Notes under the pieces: generated by a model | Database searches by the model: none | The model's input: the letters and a program-made list of their open reading frames with translations, nothing else | Told to the model about the DNA's origin: nothing | NCBI GenBank assembly: GCA_003220535.1 | Contig: QHSU01000087.1 | Location: forward strand, 3,273-67,272 | DNA from: Candidatus Rokuibacteriota bacterium | Lineage (GTDB): Bacteria > Methylomirabilota > Methylomirabilia > Rokubacteriales > CSP1-6 | Direction of reading: 5' to 3' | Length of the DNA: 64,000 bases | Translations under genes and position numbers: made by a program | Part shown: one piece after another, positions 53,169-61,912 of the stretch | Layout of the letters: every line of letters begins with the position of its first letter | Position numbering within the stretch: position 1 is the first letter of the stretch

Positions 53169-54254
53169 TCACGCGTCAGGTGAGAGCTCCCGCGTGAAGC
53201 GAACGAGCCGCTCGAGCTTGCCGCGGCCAGCGCCGGTGTCGATCGAGCGAGCCGCCAGCTCGACGCCCTCCTTCAAGTCACGTGCCTTGCTACCCGCGAC
53301 CAGCGCCGCGGCGGCGTTCATCAGCACGATGTCCCGCCTGGCGCCGACCTCTCCGCGGAGGATCGTGCGGATGATCTCGGCGTTCTGCTCGCGGTCGCCG
53401 CCGAGCAGCTCGGTGATCGCAGCACGCGGCAGGCCGAAGTCCTCGGGCCGCACGGTGAACGTCCGCACGACGCCCTCGCGGACCTCGGAGATGCGGCTCT
53501 CGCCGGTGTTCGAGATCTCGTCCAGGCCGTCGGCGCCGTGGACCACGAAGGCGCGATGCGTGCCGAGCTCGGCCAGGACCCGCGCGAGCGGCTCCGTGAG
53601 CGACGCCGCGGCGACGCCGATGACCTGGGCGTTGGCGCCTGCCGGGTTGGTGAGCGGGCCGAGCAGGTTGAAGACCGTGCGGATTCCGATCTCGCGCCGG
53701 GCCGTCATGACGTGCTTCATCGCTGTGTGCAGGAGCGGGGCGTAGAGAAAACCGATGCCGACCTCGGCGACGCAGCGCCCCACCTGTTCGGGGGTGATCT
53801 GGAGGTTGACCCCCAGGGCCTCGACGACGTCGGCCGAGCCGCAGAGCGAGGCGCCGCTCAGACCCGACATCGAGCGGTTGCCGTGCTTGGCGACCTTGAG
53901 CCCGGCGCCCGCCACCACGAACGCGGTCGCCGTCGAGACGTTGAACGTCCCGGAGGCGTCGCCGCCGGTGCCGCAAGTGTCGATGAGCATCTCGCGGTCG
54001 GTGCCGGTGAGCGCGGCCGTTTCCTCGCCACGCGTACGGACCCGCGCCACCTTGAGCCGCATCACCTGGGCGAAGCCGATCAGCTCCTCGACGGTCTCAC
54101 CCTTCATCCGCAGCGCGGTCAGGAAGGCGGAGATCTGCGCGTCGGTCGCCGTGCCCGACATGATCGCCTCCATCGCCGCGGCGGCCTCGATGCGCGTGAG
54201 ATCGCGCCGGTCGACGAGGACCCGGGTCGCTTCGGTGATGATCGGACTCGTCAT
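53169..54254 (-). CDS. trpD: anthranilate phosphoribosyltransferase
   Basis: Trimmed to ATG 54254 (MTSPIITEA...) with a GGAGGAGG SD; 361 aa. It has DTCGTGGD and KHGNR motifs. There is a short insertion before GSADVVEALG. Confidence 0.9.
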   Translation of the reverse strand: MTSPIITEATRVLVDRRDLTRIEAAAAMEAIMSGTATDAQISAFLTALRMKGETVEELIGFAQVMRLKVARVRTRGEETAALTGTDREMLIDTCGTGGDASGTFNVSTATAFVVAGAGLKVAKHGNRSMSGLSGASLCGSADVVEALGVNLQITPEQVGRCVAEVGIGFLYAPLLHTAMKHVMTARREIGIRTVFNLLGPLTNPAGANAQVIGVAAASLTEPLARVLAELGTHRAFVVHGADGLDEISNTGESRISEVREGVVRTFTVRPEDFGLPRAAITELLGGDREQNAEIIRTILRGEVGARRDIVLMNAAAALVAGSKARDLKEGVELAARSIDTGAGRGKLERLVRFTRELSPDA

Positions 54255-54436
54255 GCCGGACGCCTCCTCCCCTGCAGTCGAGCCTTCAGAGTATCGCACC
54301 TGAGCCCCAGGGGGAGGACCTGCCCATGGATGTCGATTGGAGGTCGAGCTAGTCGGCGCCGCACGGTCCGGGCTCGCTCGCCCGGCGCTCTCTGGGGCTG
54401 GCTGCATCGAGGTCGTGCGGACCTCGGTCGGACTGG

Positions 54437-54640
54437 CTATTTCGTGAGGATCAGCTTGTCCGACTTCGTGACGCGCAGACGGTATTCCTGACCGTGGTGC
54501 ACGATGACCACCTCGCGCTCGAGCTGAAAGAGCGCCGAGCTCTCGAGCCGGCGCGGGGGCGGGATGGCCGGCGCCGTCGACTCATCGCGCGCGGGCTGCA
54601 CCGGGCGCCTCGGTTCGCGGGACTCCCGAGATTCGGTCAA
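54437..54640 (-). CDS. hemP: hemin-uptake protein HemP-like small protein
   Basis: 67 aa with a TTG start and no clear SD. The C-terminus ...ALFQLEREVVIVHHGQEYRLRVTKSDKLILTK matches the HemP signature (...H.G..Y.LR.T..GKLILTK). Confidence 0.6.
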   Translation of the reverse strand: MTESRESREPRRPVQPARDESTAPAIPPPRRLESSALFQLEREVVIVHHGQEYRLRVTKSDKLILTK

Positions 54641-54724
54641 CCGTCTTCATGGTATTAGGAGGCCCTAATAAATAGCCCCCGAACGCTGCCGTTGTCAAGG
54701 GTCACCGGAGCAACGGGCTGTCGC

Positions 54725-55435
54725 TCAGAGACCAAGGTAGGCCTGCTTCACGTGGGGGCTCGCCAGGAGACTGGCGCGCGTCCCCTCGAGCACGATGCGT
54801 CCGTTCTCGAGCACGTAGCCCCGGTGCGAGAGCTGGAGCGCGCGGGGCACGTTCTGCTCGACGAGCAGAATCGTCGTGCCGCCGCCGTTGACCCGCTGGA
54901 GGGTCTCGAAGATGAGCTTCACCGCTACCGGCGCCAGCCCGAGGCTCGGCTCGTCGAGCAGCAGGAGCCGCGGGCGCGCCATGAGCCCGCGCCCGATCGC
55001 GCACATCTGCTGCTCGCCACCCGACAGCGTACCGGCGAGCTGGCGCTCACGCTCGCGCAGGCGGGGAAAGAGCGCGAAGACGAGCTCGAGCGCGTCGTCC
55101 CGCTGTCGGCGGGCGACGGCGCGGCCGCCGAGCTCCAGGTTGTCGCGCACCGTCATCGTGGGGAAGAGCTGGCGCCCCTCCGGCACGTGGGCGATGCCGC
55201 GCGCGACGATCTGGGCCGACCCGAGGCCGTCGAGCCGAACGCCCTCGAACTCGATGCGCCCGGCGCGGACGGGCAAGAGCCCGCTGATCGCCCGCAGCGT
55301 GGTCGTCTTGCCGGCCCCGTTCGCGCCGATCAGCGCCACCGCCTCGCCCCGCCGCACCTCGAGCGAGACGCCGGAGACCGCCGTCAGGTCGCCGTAGCCG
55401 GCCTCGAGCCCGTCAAGCCGGAGCAGCGCGGACAT
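54725..55435 (-). CDS. Liv-type ABC importer ATPase (LivF-like), module D
   Basis: 236 aa. It has GANGAGKTT, LSGGEQQMC and LLLDEPSLG. Confidence 0.9.
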   Translation of the reverse strand: MSALLRLDGLEAGYGDLTAVSGVSLEVRRGEAVALIGANGAGKTTTLRAISGLLPVRAGRIEFEGVRLDGLGSAQIVARGIAHVPEGRQLFPTMTVRDNLELGGRAVARRQRDDALELVFALFPRLRERERQLAGTLSGGEQQMCAIGRGLMARPRLLLLDEPSLGLAPVAVKLIFETLQRVNGGGTTILLVEQNVPRALQLSHRGYVLENGRIVLEGTRASLLASPHVKQAYLGL

Positions 55436-56147
55436 ATTCCTCGCCCAGGTAGGCCTCGATCACCTTCGGGTGGTTGGCGATCTCGGCCGGCACCCCCTCC
55501 GCGATCCGCTCGCCGAAGCTCAGCACGACGATCCGCTGGGAGAGCGCCATCACCGCCCGCATGTTGTGCTCGATCAGCAGGATCGAAACGCCCGAGGCGT
55601 GGATGCCACGGATCAGCTGGATGATCGTTTCGATCTCCGTCGGATTGAGCCCCGCCATCACCTCGTCGAGCAGGAGCAGGGCCGGCTCGGTGGCGAGCGC
55701 CCGCGCCAGCTCGAGGCGTTTGCGCTCGGCCAGGGTCAGGGCGCCGGCCGCCACGTCCTGCCGGGCGCCGAGCCCCACCCGTTCCACCACGTCGCGCGCA
55801 CGGTCGAGCGCCTCGGGCACGCGTGGGTGCAGGACGAGCGCACCCACCCTCACGTTCTCGAGGACGGTCATGCGCGGGAACGGCCGGACGATCTGAAACG
55901 TCCGCGCAAGCCCGAGCCGGCAGATCGCGTGCGGCGAGAGCCCCACGATCGAGCGGCCGCGAAAGTCGACGTCGCCCGCGTCCGGCGTGAGAAATCCCGA
56001 GAAGAGATTGAAGACCGTCGTCTTGCCGGCCCCATTCGGGCCGATGAGTCCGAGCATCTCGCCCGGATCGACCGTCAGGTCGAGCTCCGCGACAGCCAGG
56101 AGGCCGCCGAAGCGCTTGGAGAGCCCGCGGGCCACCAGGAGGCTCAT
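55413..56147 (-). CDS. Liv-type ABC importer ATPase (LivG-like), module D
   Basis: Trimmed to ATG 56147 (MSLLVARGLSKRFGG...); 244 aa. It has GPNGAGKTT and LLLDEVMAG. Confidence 0.9.
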   Translation of the reverse strand: MSLLVARGLSKRFGGLLAVAELDLTVDPGEMLGLIGPNGAGKTTVFNLFSGFLTPDAGDVDFRGRSIVGLSPHAICRLGLARTFQIVRPFPRMTVLENVRVGALVLHPRVPEALDRARDVVERVGLGARQDVAAGALTLAERKRLELARALATEPALLLLDEVMAGLNPTEIETIIQLIRGIHASGVSILLIEHNMRAVMALSQRIVVLSFGERIAEGVPAEIANHPKVIEAYLGEEYVRAAPA

Positions 56148-56151
56148 TCGC

Positions 56152-57102
56152 TCAGCGCCCACCGCGGCGCGCCAGGAGCCGTCGCAGGCGCGGATACGCA
56201 CCCTCGGGAAGGAACAGCACCACCGCGACCAGCAGCACGCCGTACGCGATCAGGTGCGCGCCGGGCAGCCCGCCCTGCCCGAGGTAGAGCCGCGAGAGCT
56301 CGCCGAGCGGCGTGAGGATGAAGGAGCCCAGGATGGGCCCAAGGAGCGTGCCCGCGCCGCCCACGATCGGGCGGATGATGATCTCGACCGAGAGCGGGAT
56401 ACCGAAGAGCGTGTTGGGCTGCAGGGAGAAGAGATAGAACGCGTAGAAGGTCCCGCCCAGACCCGTGAGGAAGGACGAGACGACCATCGCGAGCATCTTG
56501 TACTTGAAGGCGTTCACGCCGAGCGCCTCGGCCGCGGCCTCGTCCTCCCGGATCGCCGCCAGATAGACGCCGAAGCGGCGGCGCTCGATGGCCCAGGCGG
56601 TCGCCGTCGCCGCCAGCATGAGCGCCAGCGCGATGTAGTAGTAGGGGCGGCCGTCCTGGAACTGGAACTGTCGCGGGTCGCCGGTGAAGGTGATGTAGAG
56701 GCCGAGCGGGCCGCCGACGGCGTCGATGTTCGAGACCGCGATGCGGCACACCTCGGCGAACGCCACCGTGAGCAGCACGAAGTAGAAGCCGCGCAGACCG
56801 AAGCGGAAGCCGAGATAGCCGATGATCGCGCCGAGCAGCGCCGCCAGCAGGGCGCCGACGAACATGCCGGCCCACGGCGTGAGCCCCTTCTCGATCGACA
56901 GCATCGCCGCCGTGTAGCCGCCCACCCCGACGAAGGCGGCGTGGCCGAGCGACAGCTGGCCCGCGTAGCCCCCCACGATGTTCCACGCCTGCCCGAGGAA
57001 TCCGTAGAAGAAGATCAGGATGAAGATGGTGATCGCGTACGAGCTCAGCACCGCCGGTAGCGCCAGCAGCACCGCGAGCGCGGCGACGACCGCCCATCTC
57101 AC
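56152..57102 (-). CDS. Liv-type ABC permease (LivM-like), module D
   Basis: Trimmed from the 474-aa track ORF to GTG 57102, which overlaps the livH-like TGA (GTGA). About 316 aa. Confidence 0.8.
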   Translation of the reverse strand: MRWAVVAALAVLLALPAVLSSYAITIFILIFFYGFLGQAWNIVGGYAGQLSLGHAAFVGVGGYTAAMLSIEKGLTPWAGMFVGALLAALLGAIIGYLGFRFGLRGFYFVLLTVAFAEVCRIAVSNIDAVGGPLGLYITFTGDPRQFQFQDGRPYYYIALALMLAATATAWAIERRRFGVYLAAIREDEAAAEALGVNAFKYKMLAMVVSSFLTGLGGTFYAFYLFSLQPNTLFGIPLSVEIIIRPIVGGAGTLLGPILGSFILTPLGELSRLYLGQGGLPGAHLIAYGVLLVAVVLFLPEGAYPRLRRLLARRGGR

Positions 57103-57971
57103 GACGGTCGCTTGCCGAAGAGGCCCACCGGCCGGAACAGCAAGATCACGATCAGGAGCGAGAAGCTGAACAGCTCCTTGAGCGAGGGCTTGAGGAACAC
57201 GGCGCCGAGCGACTCGGCGAGCGACACCAGCAGGCCGCCGACGAACGCGCCGAGGAGGCTTCCCATGCCGCCGATGATCACGATGTTGAACGAGGTCACC
57301 GACAGGGACAGCCCGGTCGGTGGCTGGAACGGGAGGATCGAGGAGACCAGGGCGCCCGCGGCGCCCACGCAGGCCGCGCCGACGCCGAACGCCACCGCGT
57401 AGACGCGGCGCACGTCGGCGCCGATCACCAAGGCACCGTAGGTGTTGTCGGCGGCGGCGCGGATCGTCCGCCCGAGGTCGGTGCGGTAGAGGAACCCCCA
57501 GAGGGCTGTCGTGAGCGCGACCGCGACCACGAACGTCACGAGCCGAGCGACGTCCACGAAGACGGGCCCGAGCCACACGGTCGCGGCCGCGAGCGGCGAC
57601 CGCACCCGCGTGGGCTCGGGCCCGAACGCGACCAGGGCCACGTTCTCCAGCACGAGCGCGACCCCGAGCATCAGGAGAATCTGCATCTCGTGGGGCGCGT
57701 CGATGATCCGGTCGACGAGCGCGCGCTGCACGAGGAGCCCGAGCGCGAAGAGCACGGCCGCGCAGACGATGAAGCCCAGATAGGGATCGACACCCGCGCC
57801 CGTGGCGAGGAGGTACGCGAGGTACATGCCCCAGACCATCATGTCGCCGTGGGCGAAGTTCACCACGCGCATCACGCCGAAGATCAGGGTGAGGCCCACG
57901 GCCATCAGGCTGTACACGCCGCCGAACAGGACGCCGCTGACGATCCCCTGCAGAACCAGCGTCAGATCCAC
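57099..57971 (-). CDS. Liv-type ABC permease (LivH-like), module D
   Basis: 290 aa with a GTG start. It has VLQGIVSGVLFGGVYSLMAVGLTLIFGVMRVVNFAHGD. Confidence 0.9.
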   Translation of the reverse strand: MDLTLVLQGIVSGVLFGGVYSLMAVGLTLIFGVMRVVNFAHGDMMVWGMYLAYLLATGAGVDPYLGFIVCAAVLFALGLLVQRALVDRIIDAPHEMQILLMLGVALVLENVALVAFGPEPTRVRSPLAAATVWLGPVFVDVARLVTFVVAVALTTALWGFLYRTDLGRTIRAAADNTYGALVIGADVRRVYAVAFGVGAACVGAAGALVSSILPFQPPTGLSLSVTSFNIVIIGGMGSLLGAFVGGLLVSLAESLGAVFLKPSLKELFSFSLLIVILLFRPVGLFGKRPS

Positions 57972-57980
57972 GCCGACCCC

Positions 57981-58185
57981 GACTCAGGGCCGCAAGGGCG
58001 GGTCCAGTGGGGCGGGCGCGGTGCCGGGCGGGGTCGTCGAGACCCGTTCCCGCAACGCGGCGACGGGCGCACCGCGCCCGGATGGAGCCCAGCCGCCAAG
58101 GGTCTGCGAACGCGTGCGGCGTGGTCGAGCGACCCCGCCCGGCACCGCGCCCGCCCCACTGGACCCGCCCTCGCCGCCCTCGGTC
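57981..58185. repeat. palindromic intercistronic element, copy 6 (longest arms)
   Basis: The arm blocks at 57995-58036 and 58130-58171 are complementary at 42/42 positions, with imperfect extensions to 57981 and 58185. Core blocks are on the plus strand. The element fills the binding-protein-to-livH spacer to within 3 nt of the stop and 9 nt of the start. Confidence 0.9.
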
Positions 58186-58188
58186 GTC

Positions 58189-59457
58189 CTAAGCCTTGGG
58201 CCGCGGGAAGACGAATTTCTGCAGCGCGGCCTCGCGGGGCCAGACGGCGACGGGCTTCTGGCCCAGGATCTGGATCATCGTCGGGATCGCGTTGGCGTTG
58301 TCGCCGAGCTCGTTGAAGACGATCGGACCGCCGTACTGCATGAGGCCGCCGGCGTAGTTCGTCTTCTTCATAGAGTCGGCGATCGCGTCGGGATCGACGA
58401 GGCTCGCGGCGCGCTCGAGGATGTCGGCGATGACGAACACGGCGTCGTAGGAATAGCCCGAGTTCGTGTCGAACGTCTTTCCGCCCGAGCGTCGCCGGAA
58501 CTCCTCGCCGACCGTGGTGGTCTTCGGGTTCTTGAAGTTCGGCCACGGCACGCTCGTCAGCACGTACTCGAGGTCCTGCTTGAGCTGGGCCAGCTGGCCC
58601 GCCTCGTAGAGGCCGGGACCGCCGGGGCCGACGATGCCCATCGTCTCGACCCGCTGCTTCGCGATCTCGGGAAGCAGCAGCAGCGCGGAGGCCGGGCGCG
58701 TGATCGGCGCGATCACGTCGGGCTTGGCCGCCTTCGCCCGCGACACCTCGGTGGCAAGGTCGGACGGCGGCTCCGGCCACGGAATGACCTCGACGATCTC
58801 CCACGACGGGTTGGCCGCCTTGTGGGCCGCCTGGAAGCCACGCGCCTGGTTCTGTCCGAAGAGGTCGTTGCAGTACATCAGCACGACCCGCTTCGGCGAC
58901 ACGTTGGCTTCCTTGAAGATCTCGATGAAGTACTGCACGGCCTTGCGGCCGAAGCTCGAGCCCGTCGGGAAGTTGCGGTAGACGTACTGCACCTTCTGCT
59001 CGCCGTCCCTGACCGACTTGGCGACGTTGGCCGTGATCGGATCGGCCGCGGCGATGTCGATGAGGAACGGGACGCGCTTCTGCTGGGCGACCGACACCAT
59101 TGCGCTCGTGGATCCCGAGTCGAACGACCCCAGCAGCATCTGGGCGCCCTGGTTGACGACGCGCTCGGCCTCGACGCGACCGTTCTCGGGCTTGGTCTGC
59201 GTGTCGCCGACGATCAGCTCGAGCTTGATCCCGCCCTTCGCCTTGATGCCTCCGGCCGCGTTGACCGCACCGACCGCCATCTGAGCGCCGAGTCGGCAAG
59301 CCTGCCCCGGCTCGGCGAGCGCGCCCGTCATCGGATGAATGGCGCCGATCTTGAACGTCTTCGGTTGCGCGCGGAGCGGGAGCGGAAATCCCACGACGGC
59401 GGCGCCACCGGCAGTCGTCTTGAGAAACGTGCGACGGGTCAGTCGGTGCGTCGTCAT
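58189..59457 (-). CDS. Liv-type ABC substrate-binding protein with Tat-like signal, module D
   Basis: Trimmed to ATG 59457 (MTTHRLTRRTFLKTTAGGAAVVGFPLPLRA) with a GAGGAGG SD; 422 aa. Confidence 0.85.
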   Translation of the reverse strand: MTTHRLTRRTFLKTTAGGAAVVGFPLPLRAQPKTFKIGAIHPMTGALAEPGQACRLGAQMAVGAVNAAGGIKAKGGIKLELIVGDTQTKPENGRVEAERVVNQGAQMLLGSFDSGSTSAMVSVAQQKRVPFLIDIAAADPITANVAKSVRDGEQKVQYVYRNFPTGSSFGRKAVQYFIEIFKEANVSPKRVVLMYCNDLFGQNQARGFQAAHKAANPSWEIVEVIPWPEPPSDLATEVSRAKAAKPDVIAPITRPASALLLLPEIAKQRVETMGIVGPGGPGLYEAGQLAQLKQDLEYVLTSVPWPNFKNPKTTTVGEEFRRRSGGKTFDTNSGYSYDAVFVIADILERAASLVDPDAIADSMKKTNYAGGLMQYGGPIVFNELGDNANAIPTMIQILGQKPVAVWPREAALQKFVFPRPKA

Positions 59458-59549
59458 CACGAGCCTCCTCGAAGTGGTCGGCGCATCACGAACGAGCGGG
59501 TGGCGCGCTCGGGGCCGTCGCCACGAAACAGCGCTGCGGCACCGGAGCC

Positions 59550-60698
59550 TCAGCCGCCCAGAAGCTCTTTGGCGATGATCATGCGCTGGATCTGGTTCGT
59601 GCCCTCGTAGATCTGCATGATCTTCGCGTCGCGCATGTACCGCTCCACCGGGAACTCCCGGGTGTAGCCGTACCCGCCGAAGATCTGGACCGCGTCCGTG
59701 GCGACCTTCATGGCGGCATCGCCCGCCCAGCACTTCGCCATCGACGCCTCGTAGGTGTTCCCCCGGATGCCCGCGTCGACCTGACGCGCGGCATGGTGGA
59801 CCATGAGACGCGCGGCGTGCACCTGCATGGCCATGTCCGCGAGCATGAACTGGATGCCCTGGAACGCGGCGATCGGCTGGCCGAATTGCTGCCGCTCCTT
59901 CGCGTACGCCGCGGCGGCGTCCAGCGCCGCCTGGCCGATGCCGACCGCCATCGCGCCGGTCATCGGCCGGGTCATGTCGAGGGTCCGCATCGCGATCTTG
60001 AACCCCTCGCCCTCATCGCCGAGCCGCTGCTCGATCGGCACGGCGCAATCCGTGAAGTGGAGCGCCACCGTGGGCGAGCAGCGGATGCCCATCTTCTTCT
60101 CCTTCTTGCCGACCGAGAAGCCGGGCATGCTCTTCTCGATGACGAACGCGGTGATGCCCCGGGCACGCTTGGCCGGGTCGACGGTCGCGAAGACGGTGAT
60201 GACGTCGGCGTGGTCGCCGTGCGAGCACCACTGCTTCGATCCGTTCAGGACGTAGTGGTCCCCCTTGCGCACCGCCGTGGTCCGGAGGCTCGCCGCGTCC
60301 GACCCGGAGCCGGGCTCCGAGAGCGAGTAGGCCGCCATGAACTCGCCGGTCGCGAGACGCGGCAGGTATTTCTTCTTCTGCTCCTCGGTGCCGGCCAGGA
60401 GGATCGGGAGCCCGCCCAACGGGTGCGCGCCGAAATTCGTGGTCGTCCCCGCGCACGCCCAGCCGAGCTCCTCGGCGACCAGCGCCAGCGCCAGGCAGCC
60501 CATGTTCGTGCCGCCGAACTCCTCTGGCACCCAGATGCCGAAGAGGCCGGAGTCGACGAGCGCCCGCATCGACTCGGTCGGATAGCTCTCGGCCTCGTCG
60601 TACTGCGCGGCATTCGGCGCGATCCGGTCGCGCGCGACTTTCCGCGCGAGATCGCGGATCATCCGCTGCTCCTCGGTGAGATAGAAGAGGTCGTTCAT
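59550..60698 (-). CDS. acyl-CoA dehydrogenase
   Basis: Trimmed to ATG 60698 ([14 protein letters not shown]...) with a GAGGGAGA SD; 382 aa. It has LSEPGSGSD and [17 protein letters not shown]. Confidence 0.9.
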   Translation of the reverse strand: MNDLFYLTEEQRMIRDLARKVARDRIAPNAAQYDEAESYPTESMRALVDSGLFGIWVPEEFGGTNMGCLALALVAEELGWACAGTTTNFGAHPLGGLPILLAGTEEQKKKYLPRLATGEFMAAYSLSEPGSGSDAASLRTTAVRKGDHYVLNGSKQWCSHGDHADVITVFATVDPAKRARGITAFVIEKSMPGFSVGKKEKKMGIRCSPTVALHFTDCAVPIEQRLGDEGEGFKIAMRTLDMTRPMTGAMAVGIGQAALDAAAAYAKERQQFGQPIAAFQGIQFMLADMAMQVHAARLMVHHAARQVDAGIRGNTYEASMAKCWAGDAAMKVATDAVQIFGGYGYTREFPVERYMRDAKIMQIYEGTNQIQRMIIAKELLGG

Positions 60699-60711
60699 AT
60701 CGGTGTCTCCC

Positions 60712-61890
60712 TCAGACGATCCGTCGCCGCTGGAGCTCCGCGAGCCGCTCGGGCGCCAGGCCGAGCGCTTCAATGTAGATCTTCTCATTGTGCTCGCCGA
60801 GACGGGGCGGAAAGCTGAGCGCGGGCGGGTCGCCGACCGGCGGGGCCGGCAGGACGAGCCGGAGGGCGGACCGCGGGTCGGTGACCTCCACGAGCCGGTC
60901 GGCGACGAGCGGATCGGCCACGACGTCGGCGAGCGTGTTGACGCGGGATACCGGGACGCCGGCGCGCCGAAGCGATTCGAGCGCCTCCTCGCTGCCGAGC
61001 TCGGCGAAGCAGGCCGCCAGCTCCTGATCGAGCCGCGCCACGTCGGCGATCCGGCCGGCGTTGGCGACGTACTCGGGCCGGCCGAGCCCCGCGAAGCGCG
61101 GCAGCGCCGTCAGCGCCGCCCACTGCTGGTCGTTCCCCACCGCCAGGAACACGTGGCCGTCGCGCGTCCGGTGCACGGCGACCGGGGCGAAGAACTGGTG
61201 CCGGTTGCCCTTCCGCGTGACGCGCTCGCCGAGGCTCGCGGAGAGCGCGATGGGCGCGACCATCCACGACACCGCGCTGCGCAGCATCGACACGTCGATG
61301 CGCGCGCCCTCGCCTGTCGTGGCTCGACGGTAGAGGGCCTTCACGACCTCGCTGTAGCCATGCTCCGCCGCCCCCAGGTCCACCATCGGCAGACCGAAGA
61401 CGAGGGGCGATCCCTCGGCGTGTCCCGTCAGCTCCATGAAGCCGGCGCGTGCCTGGAGCACGGGGTCATACGCCGCCTCGTCGTGATCCGCGCCGAACCC
61501 CGTGATGCCGAGCCAGATCAGCGCGGGCTTCGTGGCCCGGAGCCGCTCGGGCTCGATCCCGAGCCGGGCGTAGCTCCGTGGGCGCTGGTTGCAGGCGAAC
61601 ACGTCGACGCGGAGCTTCACGATCAGCTCGCGCAGGAGCGCCTGGCCGTCGGGATCGCCGAGGTTGAGCGTGATGGCTTCTTTGCCGCAGTTGTTCGGCA
61701 GGAAGTAGCTGCGCATCGCGGGCTCGCCGAGCACGTCCTTGCCGACGAACCGGTTGGGGTCCGGGCGCTCGGCGTTCTCGACGCGGATCACCCGGGCGCC
61801 GTCGCACGCGAGCCGGTAGGTGAGGAACGGGAGGGTCGTGGCCTGCTCGAGACTCAGCACCGTGACGCCCGCCAGGAGCCCGCGCGCCAT
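60712..61890 (-). CDS. class III CoA-transferase (CaiB/BaiF/Frc family)
   Basis: [34 protein letters not shown] is the typical N-terminus. The start is set to ATG 61890 (MARGLLAG...); the alternative ATG 61941 would overlap the upstream gene by 29 nt. Confidence 0.85.
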   Translation of the reverse strand: MARGLLAGVTVLSLEQATTLPFLTYRLACDGARVIRVENAERPDPNRFVGKDVLGEPAMRSYFLPNNCGKEAITLNLGDPDGQALLRELIVKLRVDVFACNQRPRSYARLGIEPERLRATKPALIWLGITGFGADHDEAAYDPVLQARAGFMELTGHAEGSPLVFGLPMVDLGAAEHGYSEVVKALYRRATTGEGARIDVSMLRSAVSWMVAPIALSASLGERVTRKGNRHQFFAPVAVHRTRDGHVFLAVGNDQQWAALTALPRFAGLGRPEYVANAGRIADVARLDQELAACFAELGSEEALESLRRAGVPVSRVNTLADVVADPLVADRLVEVTDPRSALRLVLPAPPVGDPPALSFPPRLGEHNEKIYIEALGLAPERLAELQRRRIV

Positions 61891-61912
61891 CAGCGGCTCC
61901 GTCGGGCCCCGC

